From: Pseudomonadota bacterium
GTDB taxonomy: Bacteria; Pseudomonadota; Gammaproteobacteria; Burkholderiales; JABEVD01
Assembly: GCA_021848705.1 (NCBI GenBank)
Contig: JAJZTT010000001.1
Span: 7,837-71,836 of the forward strand
DNA length: 64,000 bases
Direction: 5' to 3'
Under the pieces are notes generated by a model. It was not told where the DNA came from, did no database searches, and worked only from the letters and a program-made list of their open reading frames with translations. The stretch's first letter is position 1. Every line of letters starts with the position of its first letter. Position numbers and translations under genes: made by a program. Positions 46,521 to 58,869 of this stretch are shown piece by piece.

Positions 46521-49500
46521 TTGAGCCACTTGACGTTGCCGGAGAGGCAGGGTTTATATGATCCGCGTTTCGAGCATGACGCTTGCGGAGTCGGGTTTAT
46601 CGCACACATCAGGGGCGCGAAAAGTCACGACATTATCGCCCAGGGTCTGCAAATCCTGAAGAATCTCACCCATCGTGGCGCCACGGGCGCCGACCCTCTC
46701 GCAGGGGACGGTGCGGGAATCCTGATCCAGATCCCGGATCAATTTCTCAGGTCGCAGCTTGGCTTCGAACTGCCGGCTCCCGGAGAATACGGGGTCGGCA
46801 TGATTTTCCTGCCCCGGGACGCAACCAGGCGTTCGGGCTGCGAAGAGATCATCGCCAGTCATATTGAAGCAGAGGGCTTGAAGCTCATCGGCTGGCGGGA
46901 CGTTCCCACATTCAATGCCAATCTCGGCGAAAGCGTGAAGCATTCGGAACCCTGCATTCGCCAGGTGTTCATCGGTGCAAAGGACACGGAAAGCTTCGAG
47001 AGGAGCCTTTTCGTCATCAGGAAGAGCATCGAGCACGCGGTGAAAAGGGCCGGTTTCGACGAAGGATTCTACATTCCTTCGATGTCTTCCCGCACCATCG
47101 TTTACAAGGGCATGTTGCTCGCGGACCAGGTCGGCGAATACTACCTCGACCTCGCGGACGAGAAGGTCGTTTCCGCGCTCGCACTGGTCCACCAGCGCTT
47201 TTCAACCAATACCTTCCCGACCTGGGACCTTGCCCATCCGTTCAGGATGATTGCGCACAACGGTGAAATCAACACCATGCGCGGCAATGTCAACTGGATG
47301 ACCGCGCGACACGAGGCGATGTCCTCTCCCGTCCTGAAGAGCGATCTCGAAAGGATCTGGCCGCTCATCGTCGAGGGGCAGTCTGATTCAGCCTGCTTCG
47401 ACAATGCGCTCGAACTGCTGGTCGCAGGGGGCTACCCGCTCGCTCACGCGATGATGATGTTGATTCCGGAGGCATGGGCAGGCAATCCGCTCATGGACGA
47501 GGAAAAGCGCGCCTTCTACGAATATCATGCAGCGCTCATGGAGCCATGGGACGGACCCGCCGCGGTCGCCTTCACCGATGGAAGACAGATCGGCGCCACG
47601 CTGGACAGGAATGGATTGCGTCCTGCCCGCTATCTCATCACCGACGACGACCTGGTGGTGATGGCCTCCGAAATGGGCGTTCTGGACATTCCGCAGCACA
47701 AGATCGTCAAAAAGTGGCGACTTCAGCCGGGCAAGATGTTCCTCATCGACATGGAGCAGGGAAGGATCATCGACGACGCGGAACTGAAGCATTCGCTTTC
47801 TTCGGCGAAGCCCTACCGCGAATGGATCGATCGCTCCAGGATTCATCTTTCGGAGCTACCGGATGCCTCCAGCGATGTCCGTAGTTCCGCATCCCTTCTG
47901 GACAGGCAGCAGGCATTCAATTATTCGCAGGAAGACATCAAGTTCCTGATCCAGCCGATGGCCGCGAGTGCCCAGGAAGCCACCGGTTCGATGGGCAACG
48001 ACTCCCCGCCCGCGGTGATGTCCAACAAGCTGAAGCCGCTTTACAATTACTTCAAGCAGCTTTTCGCGCAGGTGACGAACCCGCCGATCGATCCGATCCG
48101 CGAAGAAATCGTCATGTCCCTGGTTTCCTTCATCGGACCGAAGCCCAACCTGCTGGGAATCGAAGTGACGGAGCCTCAGCCCAGGCTGGAAGTCAGCCAG
48201 CCCCTGCTTTCCGATTCCGAAATCGCGAAAATTGTGCACATCGGTGACCTGAGCGGCGGAAAATTCACATCCCGGGTTCTCGACATCTGTTATCCGGCAA
48301 CGGAGGGGGCAGCGGGCATGGAATCGGCCATTTCCTCGCTTTGCGAACTGGCTGAAAAGACCGTGCGGGAAGGAACCACGATCCTGGTGCTGTCGGACAG
48401 GAGCGTGTCTGAAAAATGTATACCGATCCCGGCATTGCTCGCCACTTCCGCAGTCCATCACCACCTGGTGAAGAGCGGACTCAGAACCAGCACCGGGCTG
48501 GTGATCGACACCGGCTCGGCCAGGGAAGTGCATCACTTCGCCCTTCTGGCAGGATACGGCGCGGAAGCGATACATCCCTGGCTCGCGTTCGAGACCATCG
48601 AGAACATGACCGAACTGCTCCCGAACGATCTTTCCCCCCATGAGGCGAAGAAGCGCTTCGTGAAGGCGGTTTCGAAAGGGCTGCTCAAGGTCATGTCCAA
48701 GATGGGCATCTCGACCTACCAATCCTACTGCGGCGCGCAGATTTTCGAGGCGATCGGCCTTTCCACCTCTTTCATCGATCGCTATTTCCCGGGCACAGCA
48801 AGCCGCGTGGAGGGGGCCGGAGTCGCCGAGATTGCGGAGGAAGCCGCATCCGTGCACCGCATCGCATTCGGAAATGCCCCGATCTACAGCAACGCACTCG
48901 ACGTGGGCGGAGAATATGCGCACCGGATCCGGGGCGAAGCCCACATGTGGAACTCGGAAACCATTTCGAAGCTCCAGCATGCCACACGCTCGGGCAGCTA
49001 CAGCACTTACCGCGAATTCGCCAAGCTCATCAACGACCAGAGCGAACAGTTGATGACGTTGCGCGGCCTGTTCGAGATCAGGCAGGCTGAAAACCCGATT
49101 CCGCTAGAAGAAGTCGAACCAGCAAGGGAAATCGTCAAGCGCTTCGCAACCGGCGCCATGTCCCTCGGATCCATTTCCAGGGAAGCCCACTCGACGCTTG
49201 CAATCGCGATGAACCGCCTGGGCGGAAAATCCAATACCGGCGAGGGGGGAGAAGATCCGGTCAGGTTCAAGCCCCTTCCCAACGGAGACTCGATGCGCTC
49301 TGCGATCAAGCAGGTCGCAGCCGGCCGTTTCGGAGTGAGCACAGAATACCTCGTGAATGCAGACCAACTGCAGATCAAGATGGCGCAAGGTGCCAAGCCC
49401 GGGGAAGGCGGACAGCTTCCGGGTCACAAGGTGAGCGAATACATCGCGAAGCTCAGGCATTCGGTGCCAGGCGTGGGCCTCATTTCCCCCCCACCCCATC

Positions 49501-51107
49501 ACGACATCTACTCGATCGAAGATCTCGCCCAGCTGATTCACGATCTCAAGAACGTGAACCCAGCAGCCAGCGTCAGCGTGAAGCTGGTTTCGGAAGTCGG
49601 GGTCGGAACCGTCGCGGCTGGCGTGGCCAAGGCGAAAGCGGATCACATCACCATTTCCGGCGGAGACGGTGGAACCGGAGCGAGCCCGCTGAGTTCGGTG
49701 AAGCACGCAGGCTCCGTGTGGGAACTCGGCCTCTCCGAAACCCAGCAAACCCTCGTTCTCAACCGTCTGAGAGGACGCGTTGCGCTCCAGGTCGACGGCC
49801 AGATGAGGACCGGACGGGATGTGCTGATCGGCGCGCTGCTCGGTGCGGATGAATTCGGCTTCGCCACTGCGCCTCTGGTCGTCGAAGGCTGCATCATGAT
49901 GAGGAAATGCCACCTCAACACCTGCCCTGTGGGGGTCGCCACGCAGGACGAGAATCTGCGCAAGAAATTCACCGGTCAACCTGAACATGTCGTGAACTAC
50001 TTCTTCTTCGTGGCCGAAGAAGTTCGCGAATACATGGCGAAAATGGGCATCAGAAAATTCGACGAGCTCATCGGGAGGACAGACCTTCTCGATGTGCGCC
50101 GCGCGGTCGACCACTGGAAAGCGAAGGGGCTCGACCTCTCCCGCATCCTCCACCAGCCCGACGTGCCTTCCGATAGCGCAAGGCGCCACACCGAAGTGCA
50201 GGATCACGGAATCGACAAGGCGCTCGACCACAAGTTGATTCGCGAAGCCGGACTTGCACTGTCTGAAGGCAGGAAGGTACGTATCGATAGCCCGATCTGC
50301 AACGTGAACCGTACCGCAGGAGCCATGCTTTCCGGAGAAGTGGCCAAGCGTTACGGCCATGCAGGGCTTCCCGACGACACGATCCATGTCAAATTCAGGG
50401 GAACTGCAGGTCAGAGCTTCGGTGCATTCCTTGCATCCGGCATCACCTTCGAACTCGAAGGGGATGGGAACGATTATGTCGGCAAGGGGCTTTCCGGAGG
50501 AAAAATCATCATTTATCCGGATGCGCAATGCCCGATCGTTCCGGAAGAAAACATCATCGTCGGCAATACCCTGCTTTATGGAGCCATTTCCGGAGAAGCC
50601 TATTTCAGGGGAGTGGCCGGCGAACGCTTCGCCGTCAGGAATTCAGGCTGCACCGCGGTCGTCGAGGGAGTGGGTGACCATGGGTGCGAATACATGACGG
50701 GCGGGGTGGTTCTCGTGCTGGGGCCCACCGGGCGCAATTTCGCAGCCGGCATGAGCGGCGGGATCGCCTATGTCCTGGATGAAGCAGGAGACTTCCAGGA
50801 ACGCTGCAACATGGCGATGGTCGAACTGGAACCGGTACCGGAGGAAGAATCCGGCCTGGACGCAACCGAAAAGGGAGAACTCGAATCCCACGGCAAGGTC
50901 AGCGTCGACCATCTCACGCAGAGCGACGTGAACCGCCTGCGCTATCTGATCGGAAACCACCTGAAACACACCGGAAGCACCAGGGCAAAAACCATCCTCG
51001 AAAACTGGTCCGCCTACCTGCCGAAGTTCGTCAAGGTCATGCCGATCGAGTACAAGCGCGCACTTGCTGAAATGAAATCGAAAAAGTCCGAACTGGAGTC
51101 TGTGTAA
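46521..51107 (+). CDS. gltB: glutamate synthase large subunit
   Basis: 1528 aa; N-terminal amidotransferase ...HDACGVGF; FMN and GXGXG-type regions. TTG start after AAGAGG. Confidence 0.97.
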   Translation: MSHLTLPERQGLYDPRFEHDACGVGFIAHIRGAKSHDIIAQGLQILKNLTHRGATGADPLAGDGAGILIQIPDQFLRSQLGFELPAPGEYGVGMIFLPRDATRRSGCEEIIASHIEAEGLKLIGWRDVPTFNANLGESVKHSEPCIRQVFIGAKDTESFERSLFVIRKSIEHAVKRAGFDEGFYIPSMSSRTIVYKGMLLADQVGEYYLDLADEKVVSALALVHQRFSTNTFPTWDLAHPFRMIAHNGEINTMRGNVNWMTARHEAMSSPVLKSDLERIWPLIVEGQSDSACFDNALELLVAGGYPLAHAMMMLIPEAWAGNPLMDEEKRAFYEYHAALMEPWDGPAAVAFTDGRQIGATLDRNGLRPARYLITDDDLVVMASEMGVLDIPQHKIVKKWRLQPGKMFLIDMEQGRIIDDAELKHSLSSAKPYREWIDRSRIHLSELPDASSDVRSSASLLDRQQAFNYSQEDIKFLIQPMAASAQEATGSMGNDSPPAVMSNKLKPLYNYFKQLFAQVTNPPIDPIREEIVMSLVSFIGPKPNLLGIEVTEPQPRLEVSQPLLSDSEIAKIVHIGDLSGGKFTSRVLDICYPATEGAAGMESAISSLCELAEKTVREGTTILVLSDRSVSEKCIPIPALLATSAVHHHLVKSGLRTSTGLVIDTGSAREVHHFALLAGYGAEAIHPWLAFETIENMTELLPNDLSPHEAKKRFVKAVSKGLLKVMSKMGISTYQSYCGAQIFEAIGLSTSFIDRYFPGTASRVEGAGVAEIAEEAASVHRIAFGNAPIYSNALDVGGEYAHRIRGEAHMWNSETISKLQHATRSGSYSTYREFAKLINDQSEQLMTLRGLFEIRQAENPIPLEEVEPAREIVKRFATGAMSLGSISREAHSTLAIAMNRLGGKSNTGEGGEDPVRFKPLPNGDSMRSAIKQVAAGRFGVSTEYLVNADQLQIKMAQGAKPGEGGQLPGHKVSEYIAKLRHSVPGVGLISPPPHHDIYSIEDLAQLIHDLKNVNPAASVSVKLVSEVGVGTVAAGVAKAKADHITISGGDGGTGASPLSSVKHAGSVWELGLSETQQTLVLNRLRGRVALQVDGQMRTGRDVLIGALLGADEFGFATAPLVVEGCIMMRKCHLNTCPVGVATQDENLRKKFTGQPEHVVNYFFFVAEEVREYMAKMGIRKFDELIGRTDLLDVRRAVDHWKAKGLDLSRILHQPDVPSDSARRHTEVQDHGIDKALDHKLIREAGLALSEGRKVRIDSPICNVNRTAGAMLSGEVAKRYGHAGLPDDTIHVKFRGTAGQSFGAFLASGITFELEGDGNDYVGKGLSGGKIIIYPDAQCPIVPEENIIVGNTLLYGAISGEAYFRGVAGERFAVRNSGCTAVVEGVGDHGCEYMTGGVVLVLGPTGRNFAAGMSGGIAYVLDEAGDFQERCNMAMVELEPVPEEESGLDATEKGELESHGKVSVDHLTQSDVNRLRYLIGNHLKHTGSTRAKTILENWSAYLPKFVKVMPIEYKRALAEMKSKKSELESV

Positions 51108-52534
51108 TGGGCAAGCCAACTGGATTCATGGAAATCGAACGTGCCTACGAATCGGCCGAACCCGTCGAGGTGCGGATTCGCCATTTTCGCGAGTTCGTAT
51201 CCGCCCTTCCCGAAGCTGAACTGAGACAGCAGGGCGCACGCTGCATGGACTGCGGCATTCCCTTCTGCCATTCCGGATGTCCGGTCAACAACATCATTCC
51301 GGACTGGAACGACCTGATTTACCGCAATCGCTGGAAGGAAGCGATCGAGGTGCTTCATTCGACCAACAACTTCCCCGAATTCACCGGAAGGATCTGTCCC
51401 GCCCCCTGCGAGGCAGCCTGTACGCTCAACTACAACGATACCGCGGTTGCAATCAAATCGATCGAACACGCGATCATCGACAGGGCATGGGAAGAAGGCT
51501 GGGTGAAGCCGCAAATCGCGGCAGAGAAGACTGGCAAAAAAGTGGCAGTGGTGGGCTCGGGCCCCGCAGGTCTCGCCTGTGCGCAGCAACTCGCGAGGGC
51601 CGGCCATGCCGTGACGGTTTTCGAGAAGAACGACCGGATCGGCGGATTGCTCCGTTACGGAATACCGGACTTCAAGATGGAGAAGCACCTGATCGACCGC
51701 CGCATGGAACAGATGAAGGCGGAAGGTGTGGAATTCAGGGTGAGCGCCCACATCGGCTCCGACATCCCCGCAAGCGACCTGCTGAAGGACTACGACGCAG
51801 TCGTCCTCACAGGTGGAAGCGAAGCGCCGCGCAATCTCAATATTCCCGGACGGGAACTCGACGGAGTGCATTTCGCTCTAGATTTCCTCATTCCACAGAA
51901 CAAGGTCAATGCCGGAGACCGCATCGAGAACCAGATCATGGCGACCGGCAAGCATGTCGTGGTGATCGGAGGAGGCGACACCGGCTCCGATTGCGTAGGC
52001 ACATCCATCCGTCATGGTGCAGCATCAGTCACCCAGCTGGAAGTGATGCCGATGCCGCCCGAGTCCGAAAACAAGCCGCTCACCTGGCCCAACTGGCCGC
52101 TCAAGTTGCGGACATCCAGTTCCCAGGAGGAAGGCTGCACCCGCGAATGGAGCGTCGTCACCAAACACTTCTCCGGCTCGAACGGGCGCGTGGAAAAGCT
52201 GCATTGCGTGCGAGTCGAATGGAACCTCGCAGAAATGAAAATGACCGAAGTGCCCGACTCCGAATTCGAGCTGAGAGCGGACCTCGTGCTGCTTGCGATG
52301 GGCTACCTGCACCCGGTTCACAAGGGAATGCTGGAAGAGCTTGGCGTCCATCTCGACCAGCGCGGCAATGTCGGCGCAGACACGAGGAATTACAGAACTT
52401 CCATCGACAAGGTCTTTTCCGCTGGCGACATGCGCCGCGGTCAGTCCCTTGTCGTCTGGGCCATACGCGAAGGCCGCCAGGCTGCCCGTTCCGTGGACGA
52501 GTACCTGATGGGCCATTCCGATCTTCCGCGCTGA
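51107..52534 (+). CDS. gltD: glutamate synthase small subunit (NADPH)
   Basis: 475 aa; Cys clusters CMDCGIPFC / CPAPCE; [12 protein letters not shown] dinucleotide fold. TAATG overlap with gltB. Confidence 0.95.
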   Translation: MGKPTGFMEIERAYESAEPVEVRIRHFREFVSALPEAELRQQGARCMDCGIPFCHSGCPVNNIIPDWNDLIYRNRWKEAIEVLHSTNNFPEFTGRICPAPCEAACTLNYNDTAVAIKSIEHAIIDRAWEEGWVKPQIAAEKTGKKVAVVGSGPAGLACAQQLARAGHAVTVFEKNDRIGGLLRYGIPDFKMEKHLIDRRMEQMKAEGVEFRVSAHIGSDIPASDLLKDYDAVVLTGGSEAPRNLNIPGRELDGVHFALDFLIPQNKVNAGDRIENQIMATGKHVVVIGGGDTGSDCVGTSIRHGAASVTQLEVMPMPPESENKPLTWPNWPLKLRTSSSQEEGCTREWSVVTKHFSGSNGRVEKLHCVRVEWNLAEMKMTEVPDSEFELRADLVLLAMGYLHPVHKGMLEELGVHLDQRGNVGADTRNYRTSIDKVFSAGDMRRGQSLVVWAIREGRQAARSVDEYLMGHSDLPR

Positions 52535-52545
52535 CAGGAGCACCG

Positions 52546-53622
52546 ATGTCTCAACTCAAGAACGATACCTTTCTCCGGGCACTGCTTCGCCAGCCGGTCG
52601 ACTACACCCCGGTCTGGATGATGCGCCAGGCGGGTCGCTACCTGCCCGAATACAATCAGACCAGATCGCGGGCCGGAAGCTTCCTTGCGCTTTGCAAAAG
52701 CCCCGATCTTGCAACTGAAGTGACGCTGCAGCCGCTCGCGCGTTTTCCGCTGGATGCAGCGATCCTGTTTTCGGACATCCTCACGGTGCCGGACGCGATG
52801 GGCCTCGGACTCTATTTCGCTGAAGGTGAAGGGCCGAAATTCGAGCGTCCCCTTCGCAACGAATGGGAAATCAAGAACCTGACCGCCCCGGATCCAAGGG
52901 ACCATCTGGGTTACGTCATGGATGCGGTCTCGCAGATCAGGAAGTCGCTCGCGAACTCCGTCCCGCTGATCGGTTTTTCAGGAAGTCCGTTCACCCTTGC
53001 CTGCTACATGGTCGAGGGCGGGAGCAGCAGCGACTTCCTGCAGACCAAGATCATGCTCTACAGCCGCCCGGAACTGCTCCATCACATCCTGGAAATCAAT
53101 GCCAAGGCCATCACCGCCTATCTGAATGCGCAGATCGAAAGCGGCGCGCAGGCCGTGATGATCTTCGATTCCTGGGGAGGCGCACTTTCCGATTCGGCCT
53201 ACAGGGAATTCTCGCTCGCCTACATCGAAAAGATCGTGTCCGGGCTGCACAAGGAATACGACGGAGCAAAAATCCCCAGCATCGTTTTCACCAAGGGAGG
53301 CGGACTCTGGATCGAGCAGATGGCTGCAATCGGATGCGACGCGCTTGGCCTCGACTGGACTATCGACATCGGGCGGGCGCGCAAACTGGTCGGGGACAAG
53401 GTCGCTCTCCAGGGAAATCTGGATCCGCTGGTCCTTTTCGGCACCCCTGAACGGATCGTTTCCGAGGCGGAGAAGGTTCTCGAAAGCTATGGACATGGCA
53501 GCGGGCATGTGTTCAATCTCGGTCACGGCATCTCCCAATACACCGATCCTGAAAATGCGCGCATCCTGATCGAAACGGTGCATTCCTCCAGCCGCAAATA
53601 TCACGAAGTCTCATCCCAATGA
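52546..53622 (+). CDS. hemE: uroporphyrinogen decarboxylase
   Basis: Start trimmed to [36 protein letters not shown]. Confidence 0.95.
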   Translation: MSQLKNDTFLRALLRQPVDYTPVWMMRQAGRYLPEYNQTRSRAGSFLALCKSPDLATEVTLQPLARFPLDAAILFSDILTVPDAMGLGLYFAEGEGPKFERPLRNEWEIKNLTAPDPRDHLGYVMDAVSQIRKSLANSVPLIGFSGSPFTLACYMVEGGSSSDFLQTKIMLYSRPELLHHILEINAKAITAYLNAQIESGAQAVMIFDSWGGALSDSAYREFSLAYIEKIVSGLHKEYDGAKIPSIVFTKGGGLWIEQMAAIGCDALGLDWTIDIGRARKLVGDKVALQGNLDPLVLFGTPERIVSEAEKVLESYGHGSGHVFNLGHGISQYTDPENARILIETVHSSSRKYHEVSSQ

Positions 53623-53659
53623 CGAAGCGGGCTCCAGCCGAGCCCCTTTCTGCCAAAAG

Positions 53660-55819
53660 ATGGAATCCGTCCCCACTTCCAGGGTAATCCGGGTCGCGAT
53701 CGACGTTCCGGTTTTCCGTCTCTTCGATTACCTGATCGATCCGGACGAACCGGATCCGGTCGGACTCAGGGTACGTGTTCCTTTCGGGAAGAAAGTCGTG
53801 ACCGGCGTTGTCATGGAATGCATTCCTTCCTCCGAATTTCCTGAAGAATTGCTCAAATCACCGATCAGGATTTGCCGTGACATCCCCCCCCTGAATGAAG
53901 ACCTCCTCGCCCTTTTTTTCTTCTGCAGCCGCTATTATCATCATCCGATCGGCCAGGTGGTGCTGAATGCGTTGCCTTCCTGGCTGAAGTCAGACCGGGA
54001 TCTGGTACCGATGCGAAACAGGAGCTATGCGCTCACCGAATCCGGAATGATTGCCAGGCTGACGGGGAAAAACCTGCTCGAGCTACGCGAGCATCTGCTG
54101 CAAGCGGGGTTTCTCGACGAGGCAGCCATACGGAAAACCTTCCCTGCCGCTACCCTTTCCAGGATGAAGGAAAGGGGGTTTGTGACGGAAGTGGAGTTGC
54201 CCTTTTCCATTTCAAAGGCGCCGGAACTCGGTCCTGAACAAAGCCAGGCCGTCCTGTCCATCCTGGGAAATCCAGACGGCTACCGGCCATGGCTGCTTCA
54301 TGGCATCACCGGTAGCGGCAAGTCCGAAGTGTATCTCAGGACGATGGAGAGGGTGTTGAAGGAAGGCAGCCAGGTCCTGTTTCTCGTCCCGGAAATCGGC
54401 CTCACTCCGATGCTGGAAAACCTGATCCGGAGCCGATTTCCGTTCACACCACTGGTAAGCCTTCACTCCGGTCTTGCCGACGGGGAACGCATGCAATGCT
54501 GGCTTCAGGCGCAAGCCGGCATAGCAAGGATCGTCCTCGGCACCAGGCTGGCGGCCTTCGTGCCGCTGGCCAACCCCGGGCTCATCATCGTCGATGAAGA
54601 GCACGATCCTTCCTTCAAGCAGCAGGAAGGATTGCGGTATTCGGCCAGGGATCTCGCCATTTTCAGGGCGAAGCAGCTTTCCATCCCGATCATACTTGGT
54701 TCGGCCACCCCTTCACTCGAAAGCTACCACAAGGCAAAAACTGGACGTTACGGCTACCTCGCGATGAAATCCAGGGCCGCCAGGGATGCCCTGCTTCCAT
54801 CCATCCGGCTCGTGGATTTGCGCAGATATTCCACACCTCACGGGATTTCCTCCCCGCTTGCGGAGGCGATTTCAGCGCGCCTGGATCGCCAGGAGCAGAG
54901 TCTGCTGTTCGTCAATCGGCGAGGCTACTCTCCCGCGCTGATCTGTTCAGGCTGCACCTGGTCTCCGACCTGCGGCCGGTGCTCCGCTCGCCTCGTGCTT
55001 CACCTCAGGGAAAGAAAGCTGCGCTGCCATTATTGCGGCCACACCGAGGATCTGGTTCAATCCTGCCCGTCCTGCGGCAACATCGACCTGAAACCGGTCG
55101 GTCACGGCACGCAGCGCATCGAACAAACCCTCTCCGGACTGTTCCCGGAGGCCAGAATCCTGCGCATCGACCGGGACAATCTGCTCAGGAAAAGTTCGTT
55201 CCAGGATATGCTGAAAATCATCGACCGTGGAGAAGTGGACATTCTCGTCGGCACCCAGATCCTCGCAAAGGGTCACAATTTCCCCAACCTGACGCTGGTC
55301 GGTATCCTCCAGGCGGATTCCTCACTGTACAGTTGCGATTTCCGTGCATCCGAAAGGCTCTTTTCCCTGCTCACGCAGGTCTCGGGAAGGGCCGGCCGTG
55401 CAACCCTTCCCGGAGAAGTCCTGATCCAGACCGAGTTCCCGGATCATCCGCTTTTTACCTCCCTGATCCAGCACGATTACGATGCCATGGCGAACCTGCT
55501 CCTTTCGGAGCGTGAAGCGGGCGGGTTCCCGCCGTTTTCCCATCAGGCGTTGATCCGGGCTGAATCGCCTTCGGTGGACCATGCGCACCGGTTTCTGCGC
55601 AAAGTGGAGAAATCGGCCAGAAGCCTGGCGCAAGGGGTCACGGTATTCGAGCCGGTTTCAGCATTCCTGCCGCGAATGAATTCCATGGAGCGCATGCAGA
55701 TCCTCCTCCAGTCTCAAAGCCGCAAAAGTCTGCAGAATATGCTCGACTTACTGATTCCATCCATCGCTCCGGATCGTTCCGTCAGGTGGCACATCGATGT
55801 CGATCCTCTGGAGTTTTGA
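53660..55819 (+). CDS. priA: primosomal replication restart helicase PriA
   Basis: GITGSGKSEVY, IIVDEEHD and Cys-rich zinc region CSGC...CGRC...CHYCGH...CPSCGN. Confidence 0.93.
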   Translation: MESVPTSRVIRVAIDVPVFRLFDYLIDPDEPDPVGLRVRVPFGKKVVTGVVMECIPSSEFPEELLKSPIRICRDIPPLNEDLLALFFFCSRYYHHPIGQVVLNALPSWLKSDRDLVPMRNRSYALTESGMIARLTGKNLLELREHLLQAGFLDEAAIRKTFPAATLSRMKERGFVTEVELPFSISKAPELGPEQSQAVLSILGNPDGYRPWLLHGITGSGKSEVYLRTMERVLKEGSQVLFLVPEIGLTPMLENLIRSRFPFTPLVSLHSGLADGERMQCWLQAQAGIARIVLGTRLAAFVPLANPGLIIVDEEHDPSFKQQEGLRYSARDLAIFRAKQLSIPIILGSATPSLESYHKAKTGRYGYLAMKSRAARDALLPSIRLVDLRRYSTPHGISSPLAEAISARLDRQEQSLLFVNRRGYSPALICSGCTWSPTCGRCSARLVLHLRERKLRCHYCGHTEDLVQSCPSCGNIDLKPVGHGTQRIEQTLSGLFPEARILRIDRDNLLRKSSFQDMLKIIDRGEVDILVGTQILAKGHNFPNLTLVGILQADSSLYSCDFRASERLFSLLTQVSGRAGRATLPGEVLIQTEFPDHPLFTSLIQHDYDAMANLLLSEREAGGFPPFSHQALIRAESPSVDHAHRFLRKVEKSARSLAQGVTVFEPVSAFLPRMNSMERMQILLQSQSRKSLQNMLDLLIPSIAPDRSVRWHIDVDPLEF

Positions 55820-55853
55820 TTCACAGCAACGTTATAATAAGCGATAAATCATC

Positions 55854-57593
55854 ATGACACACCCGACCTTTCCAGATTTCAAGGATCATCTCAGGACGCT
55901 TTTTTCAGAGGCGGTCAGGCGCATTTCCGATCTCGAACCTGAAATCCACCTGGAGCGCCCGAAACTCGGCGCCCATGGAGATTATGCTTGCAACGTCGCC
56001 ATGCAGCTGGCCAAGCCTCTGAAGAGAAATCCGAGGCAGATCGCTGCCGAGATTCTCGAATTTCTGCCCCATTCCGAGCATGTTGAACGAGTTGAAATCG
56101 CGGGAGCAGGCTTTCTCAATGTCTTCATCCGCCGCTCTTCGAAGCAGGAGATCGCAAGGCAGATTCTCCTCGCAGGGACGAATTATGGAAACAGCACCAT
56201 GGGAGCCGGAACCCGGGTCCAGGTCGAATTTGTTTCCGCCAATCCAACCGGCCCGCTTCACGTAGGGCATGGCCGCGGTGCGGCCTACGGAGCAAGCCTC
56301 GCCAATGTCCTTTCTGCAGCCGGTTACCAGGTCGATCGCGAATATTACGTGAACGATGCAGGCAGGCAGATGGACATCCTAACGATCTCCACGTGGCTGC
56401 GTTATCTCGAAATCCTCGGGACAGACATCCTGTTTCCTGCCAATGCCTACCAGGGAAGTTATGTTCGGGATATGGCGCAACTGATCCGCGAAGCGCATGG
56501 AGACCGCTATTTTCACCCTCCCGGTGCGGTCCTGTACGACATTCCAACCGTCATCGAGGATGAGGATGTCCATCTCGACAAGCTGATCGCAAATGCCAAA
56601 AAGCTCCTCGGTCCCGATTACCAGTACATCCACGATTTCGTACTCAACGAACAGCTGGGAGACTGCAGGAACGACCTGCTCGAATTCGGCGTCACCTTCG
56701 ATACATGGTTTTCTGAACAGTCTCTTTTCGACAGCGGCATGGTTGCCCGGGCCATCGACATCCTCGAATCCACCGGCAACCTTTATGTCCAGGATGGCGC
56801 AAGGTGGTTCCGCTCCACGCACCACGGGGACGAGAAGGACAGGGTTGTGCAGCGTGAAAACGGCCTGTACACCTATTTCGCTTCCGACATCGCCTATCAC
56901 CTGAACAAGCTCGAACGCGGATATGACCGCATCATCGACATCTGGGGTGCGGATCATCACGGATACATTCCCAGGGTGAAGGGCGCACTCGAAGCTGCAG
57001 GCGCCCCATCGGACAAGCTGGAAGTTGCACTCGTGCAGTTCGCAGTGCTCTACCGGAACGGAAAGAAGGCTTCCATGTCGACTAGAAGCGGTGACTTCGT
57101 CACCCTTCGCGAACTGAGGAAGGAAGTCGGCAACGACGCCGCCCGCTTCTTCTACGTGCTGAGGAAATGCGATCAACATCTCGATTTCGATCTCGATCTG
57201 GCGAAATCACAGAGCAACGACAATCCGGTCTATTACATCCAGTATGCGCACGCCAGGATTTCCAGCGTGCTCGACCAATGGGGAGGAAATCCCATCGAAC
57301 TTCAGGGTGCAGATGCGTCCGCTCTCGATTCCGAAGTGGAACTCGATCTTCTCCAGATGCTCATCGATTTTCCGGAAACCGTGAGATCCGCGGCGCGGGA
57401 ACTTTCTCCGCACATCATTGCCTTTTATCTCAAGGATCTTGCTGCGCTGTTCCACGCTTATTACAATTCATCCCATTTCCTGGTGGAGGACGAGCGCTTG
57501 AAAGATGCCCGCCTTCTGCTCGTTTCCGCGGTGAAGCTGGTGCTTGCAAGAGGACTGCAACTACTTGGCGTCAGCGCGCCTGAAAAAATGTAA
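55854..57593 (+). CDS. argS: arginine--tRNA ligase
   Basis: SANPTGPLHVGHGR (HIGH) and MSTRSG (KMSK-like) motifs. Confidence 0.96.
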   Translation: MTHPTFPDFKDHLRTLFSEAVRRISDLEPEIHLERPKLGAHGDYACNVAMQLAKPLKRNPRQIAAEILEFLPHSEHVERVEIAGAGFLNVFIRRSSKQEIARQILLAGTNYGNSTMGAGTRVQVEFVSANPTGPLHVGHGRGAAYGASLANVLSAAGYQVDREYYVNDAGRQMDILTISTWLRYLEILGTDILFPANAYQGSYVRDMAQLIREAHGDRYFHPPGAVLYDIPTVIEDEDVHLDKLIANAKKLLGPDYQYIHDFVLNEQLGDCRNDLLEFGVTFDTWFSEQSLFDSGMVARAIDILESTGNLYVQDGARWFRSTHHGDEKDRVVQRENGLYTYFASDIAYHLNKLERGYDRIIDIWGADHHGYIPRVKGALEAAGAPSDKLEVALVQFAVLYRNGKKASMSTRSGDFVTLRELRKEVGNDAARFFYVLRKCDQHLDFDLDLAKSQSNDNPVYYIQYAHARISSVLDQWGGNPIELQGADASALDSEVELDLLQMLIDFPETVRSAARELSPHIIAFYLKDLAALFHAYYNSSHFLVEDERLKDARLLLVSAVKLVLARGLQLLGVSAPEKM

Positions 57594-57603
57594 AGAGATT
57601 TCG

Positions 57604-58221
57604 ATGAGCAGAGACTACAAGCAAAAATCCTCGGGTTCCCGCTCCGGTCGCGGCGGATCGATGTTCGCCGGCATTCTCATCGGACTGATTCTCGGCGTGG
57701 GAGTATCGATTGGCGCCGCCTGGTACATCAACAAACTGCCAAGCCCATTCGTCAATACCAATTCCACTCGGCCTGCGACACCTGATCTCCCGCCTGCGCA
57801 GGTTGCGGCGGTTCCACAGCCACCCGAAAATCACGATTCCGACAAGCCGAAGTTCGATTTCTACAAGATACTTCCCGACCAGCAAGCGCCTGCTGTCCCG
57901 CCCGCCCAGGCTGCACAGGCCACCCAGCCTGCTCCAGCCCGGCCGGCAGAAATCGTGCAAAAGACTCCGGCCGTTGTTGCCAAGGCACCGGCTCCCGCGC
58001 CCAGGAGTTATTTCGTTCAGGCAGGATCCTTTCATTCCAGGGATGACGCCGACAACATGAAGGCAAAGCTTGCGATGATCGGCCTGGAGTCCAGTATCGA
58101 TGCGGGCGCAGACTCGACCTACCGGGTTCGGATCGGTCCGTTTGCCAATCAGGGAGACATCGACAAGGCGCAGCAAAACCTGCGTCAGAACGGCATCCCT
58201 TCCACAGTCGTCAAAGACTGA
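57604..58221 (+). CDS. SPOR-domain cell-division-associated protein
   Basis: Start trimmed to MSRDYKQK.... TM segment, Pro/Ala-rich linker, C-terminal YFVQAGSF...YRVRIGPF SPOR pattern. Confidence 0.8.
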   Translation: MSRDYKQKSSGSRSGRGGSMFAGILIGLILGVGVSIGAAWYINKLPSPFVNTNSTRPATPDLPPAQVAAVPQPPENHDSDKPKFDFYKILPDQQAPAVPPAQAAQATQPAPARPAEIVQKTPAVVAKAPAPAPRSYFVQAGSFHSRDDADNMKAKLAMIGLESSIDAGADSTYRVRIGPFANQGDIDKAQQNLRQNGIPSTVVKD

Positions 58222-58245
58222 TCTTCGATTTTTCCAGGAGAACTC

Positions 58246-58869
58246 ATGAAGCTGTTCCGCAAGCTGCTCTTCGTTTCCCTTCTCTTCTGTTTCGGAATCG
58301 CCCATGCAGGAAAGGGATTCACCCAGATGGATCCTGTCCAGCCGACCGAATCCGGAAAGAAGGTGGAGGTCATCGAATTTTTCTACTATGGCTGCCCGCA
58401 TTGCTACGACCTGCAGAAATACCTCGAAGCCTGGTTGAAAAAGATGCCGGCCGATGTCCAGTTCCGCTACCAGCCCACCGCTTTCGACGATACCTGGGCG
58501 AGGCTTGCCAGAACCTATTACGCACTCAACGCGCTCGGCCTCGAGCCCAAATGGCATCAGGCCGTTTACGATGCAGTGCAGAACCAGAACATTGACCTGG
58601 GCGATGAAAAGACCTTCATAAAATGGGTGGCTGGACGCGGAATCGATGCAGGCAAAGCTACCGCCGCATGGAATGCCTTCTCCACCCAGGTGGCCGTCTC
58701 CAGAGCCCGCGAGATCACCAAGAATTACGGCATCGACGGCACCCCTTCTCTCGTGGTCGACGGCAAATACCTCACCTCTCCAGGGATCACCCAGTCTCTT
58801 CCCGGGACCATCACTGTCCTCGATCAACTCATATCAAGGGCCAGGGCGGAACGGGCTCATCCGCGCTGA
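58246..58869 (+). CDS. dsbA: thiol:disulfide interchange protein DsbA
   Basis: Signal peptide, FFYYGCPHCY active site, GTPSLVVDG cis-Pro loop. Confidence 0.88.
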   Translation: MKLFRKLLFVSLLFCFGIAHAGKGFTQMDPVQPTESGKKVEVIEFFYYGCPHCYDLQKYLEAWLKKMPADVQFRYQPTAFDDTWARLARTYYALNALGLEPKWHQAVYDAVQNQNIDLGDEKTFIKWVAGRGIDAGKATAAWNAFSTQVAVSRAREITKNYGIDGTPSLVVDGKYLTSPGITQSLPGTITVLDQLISRARAERAHPR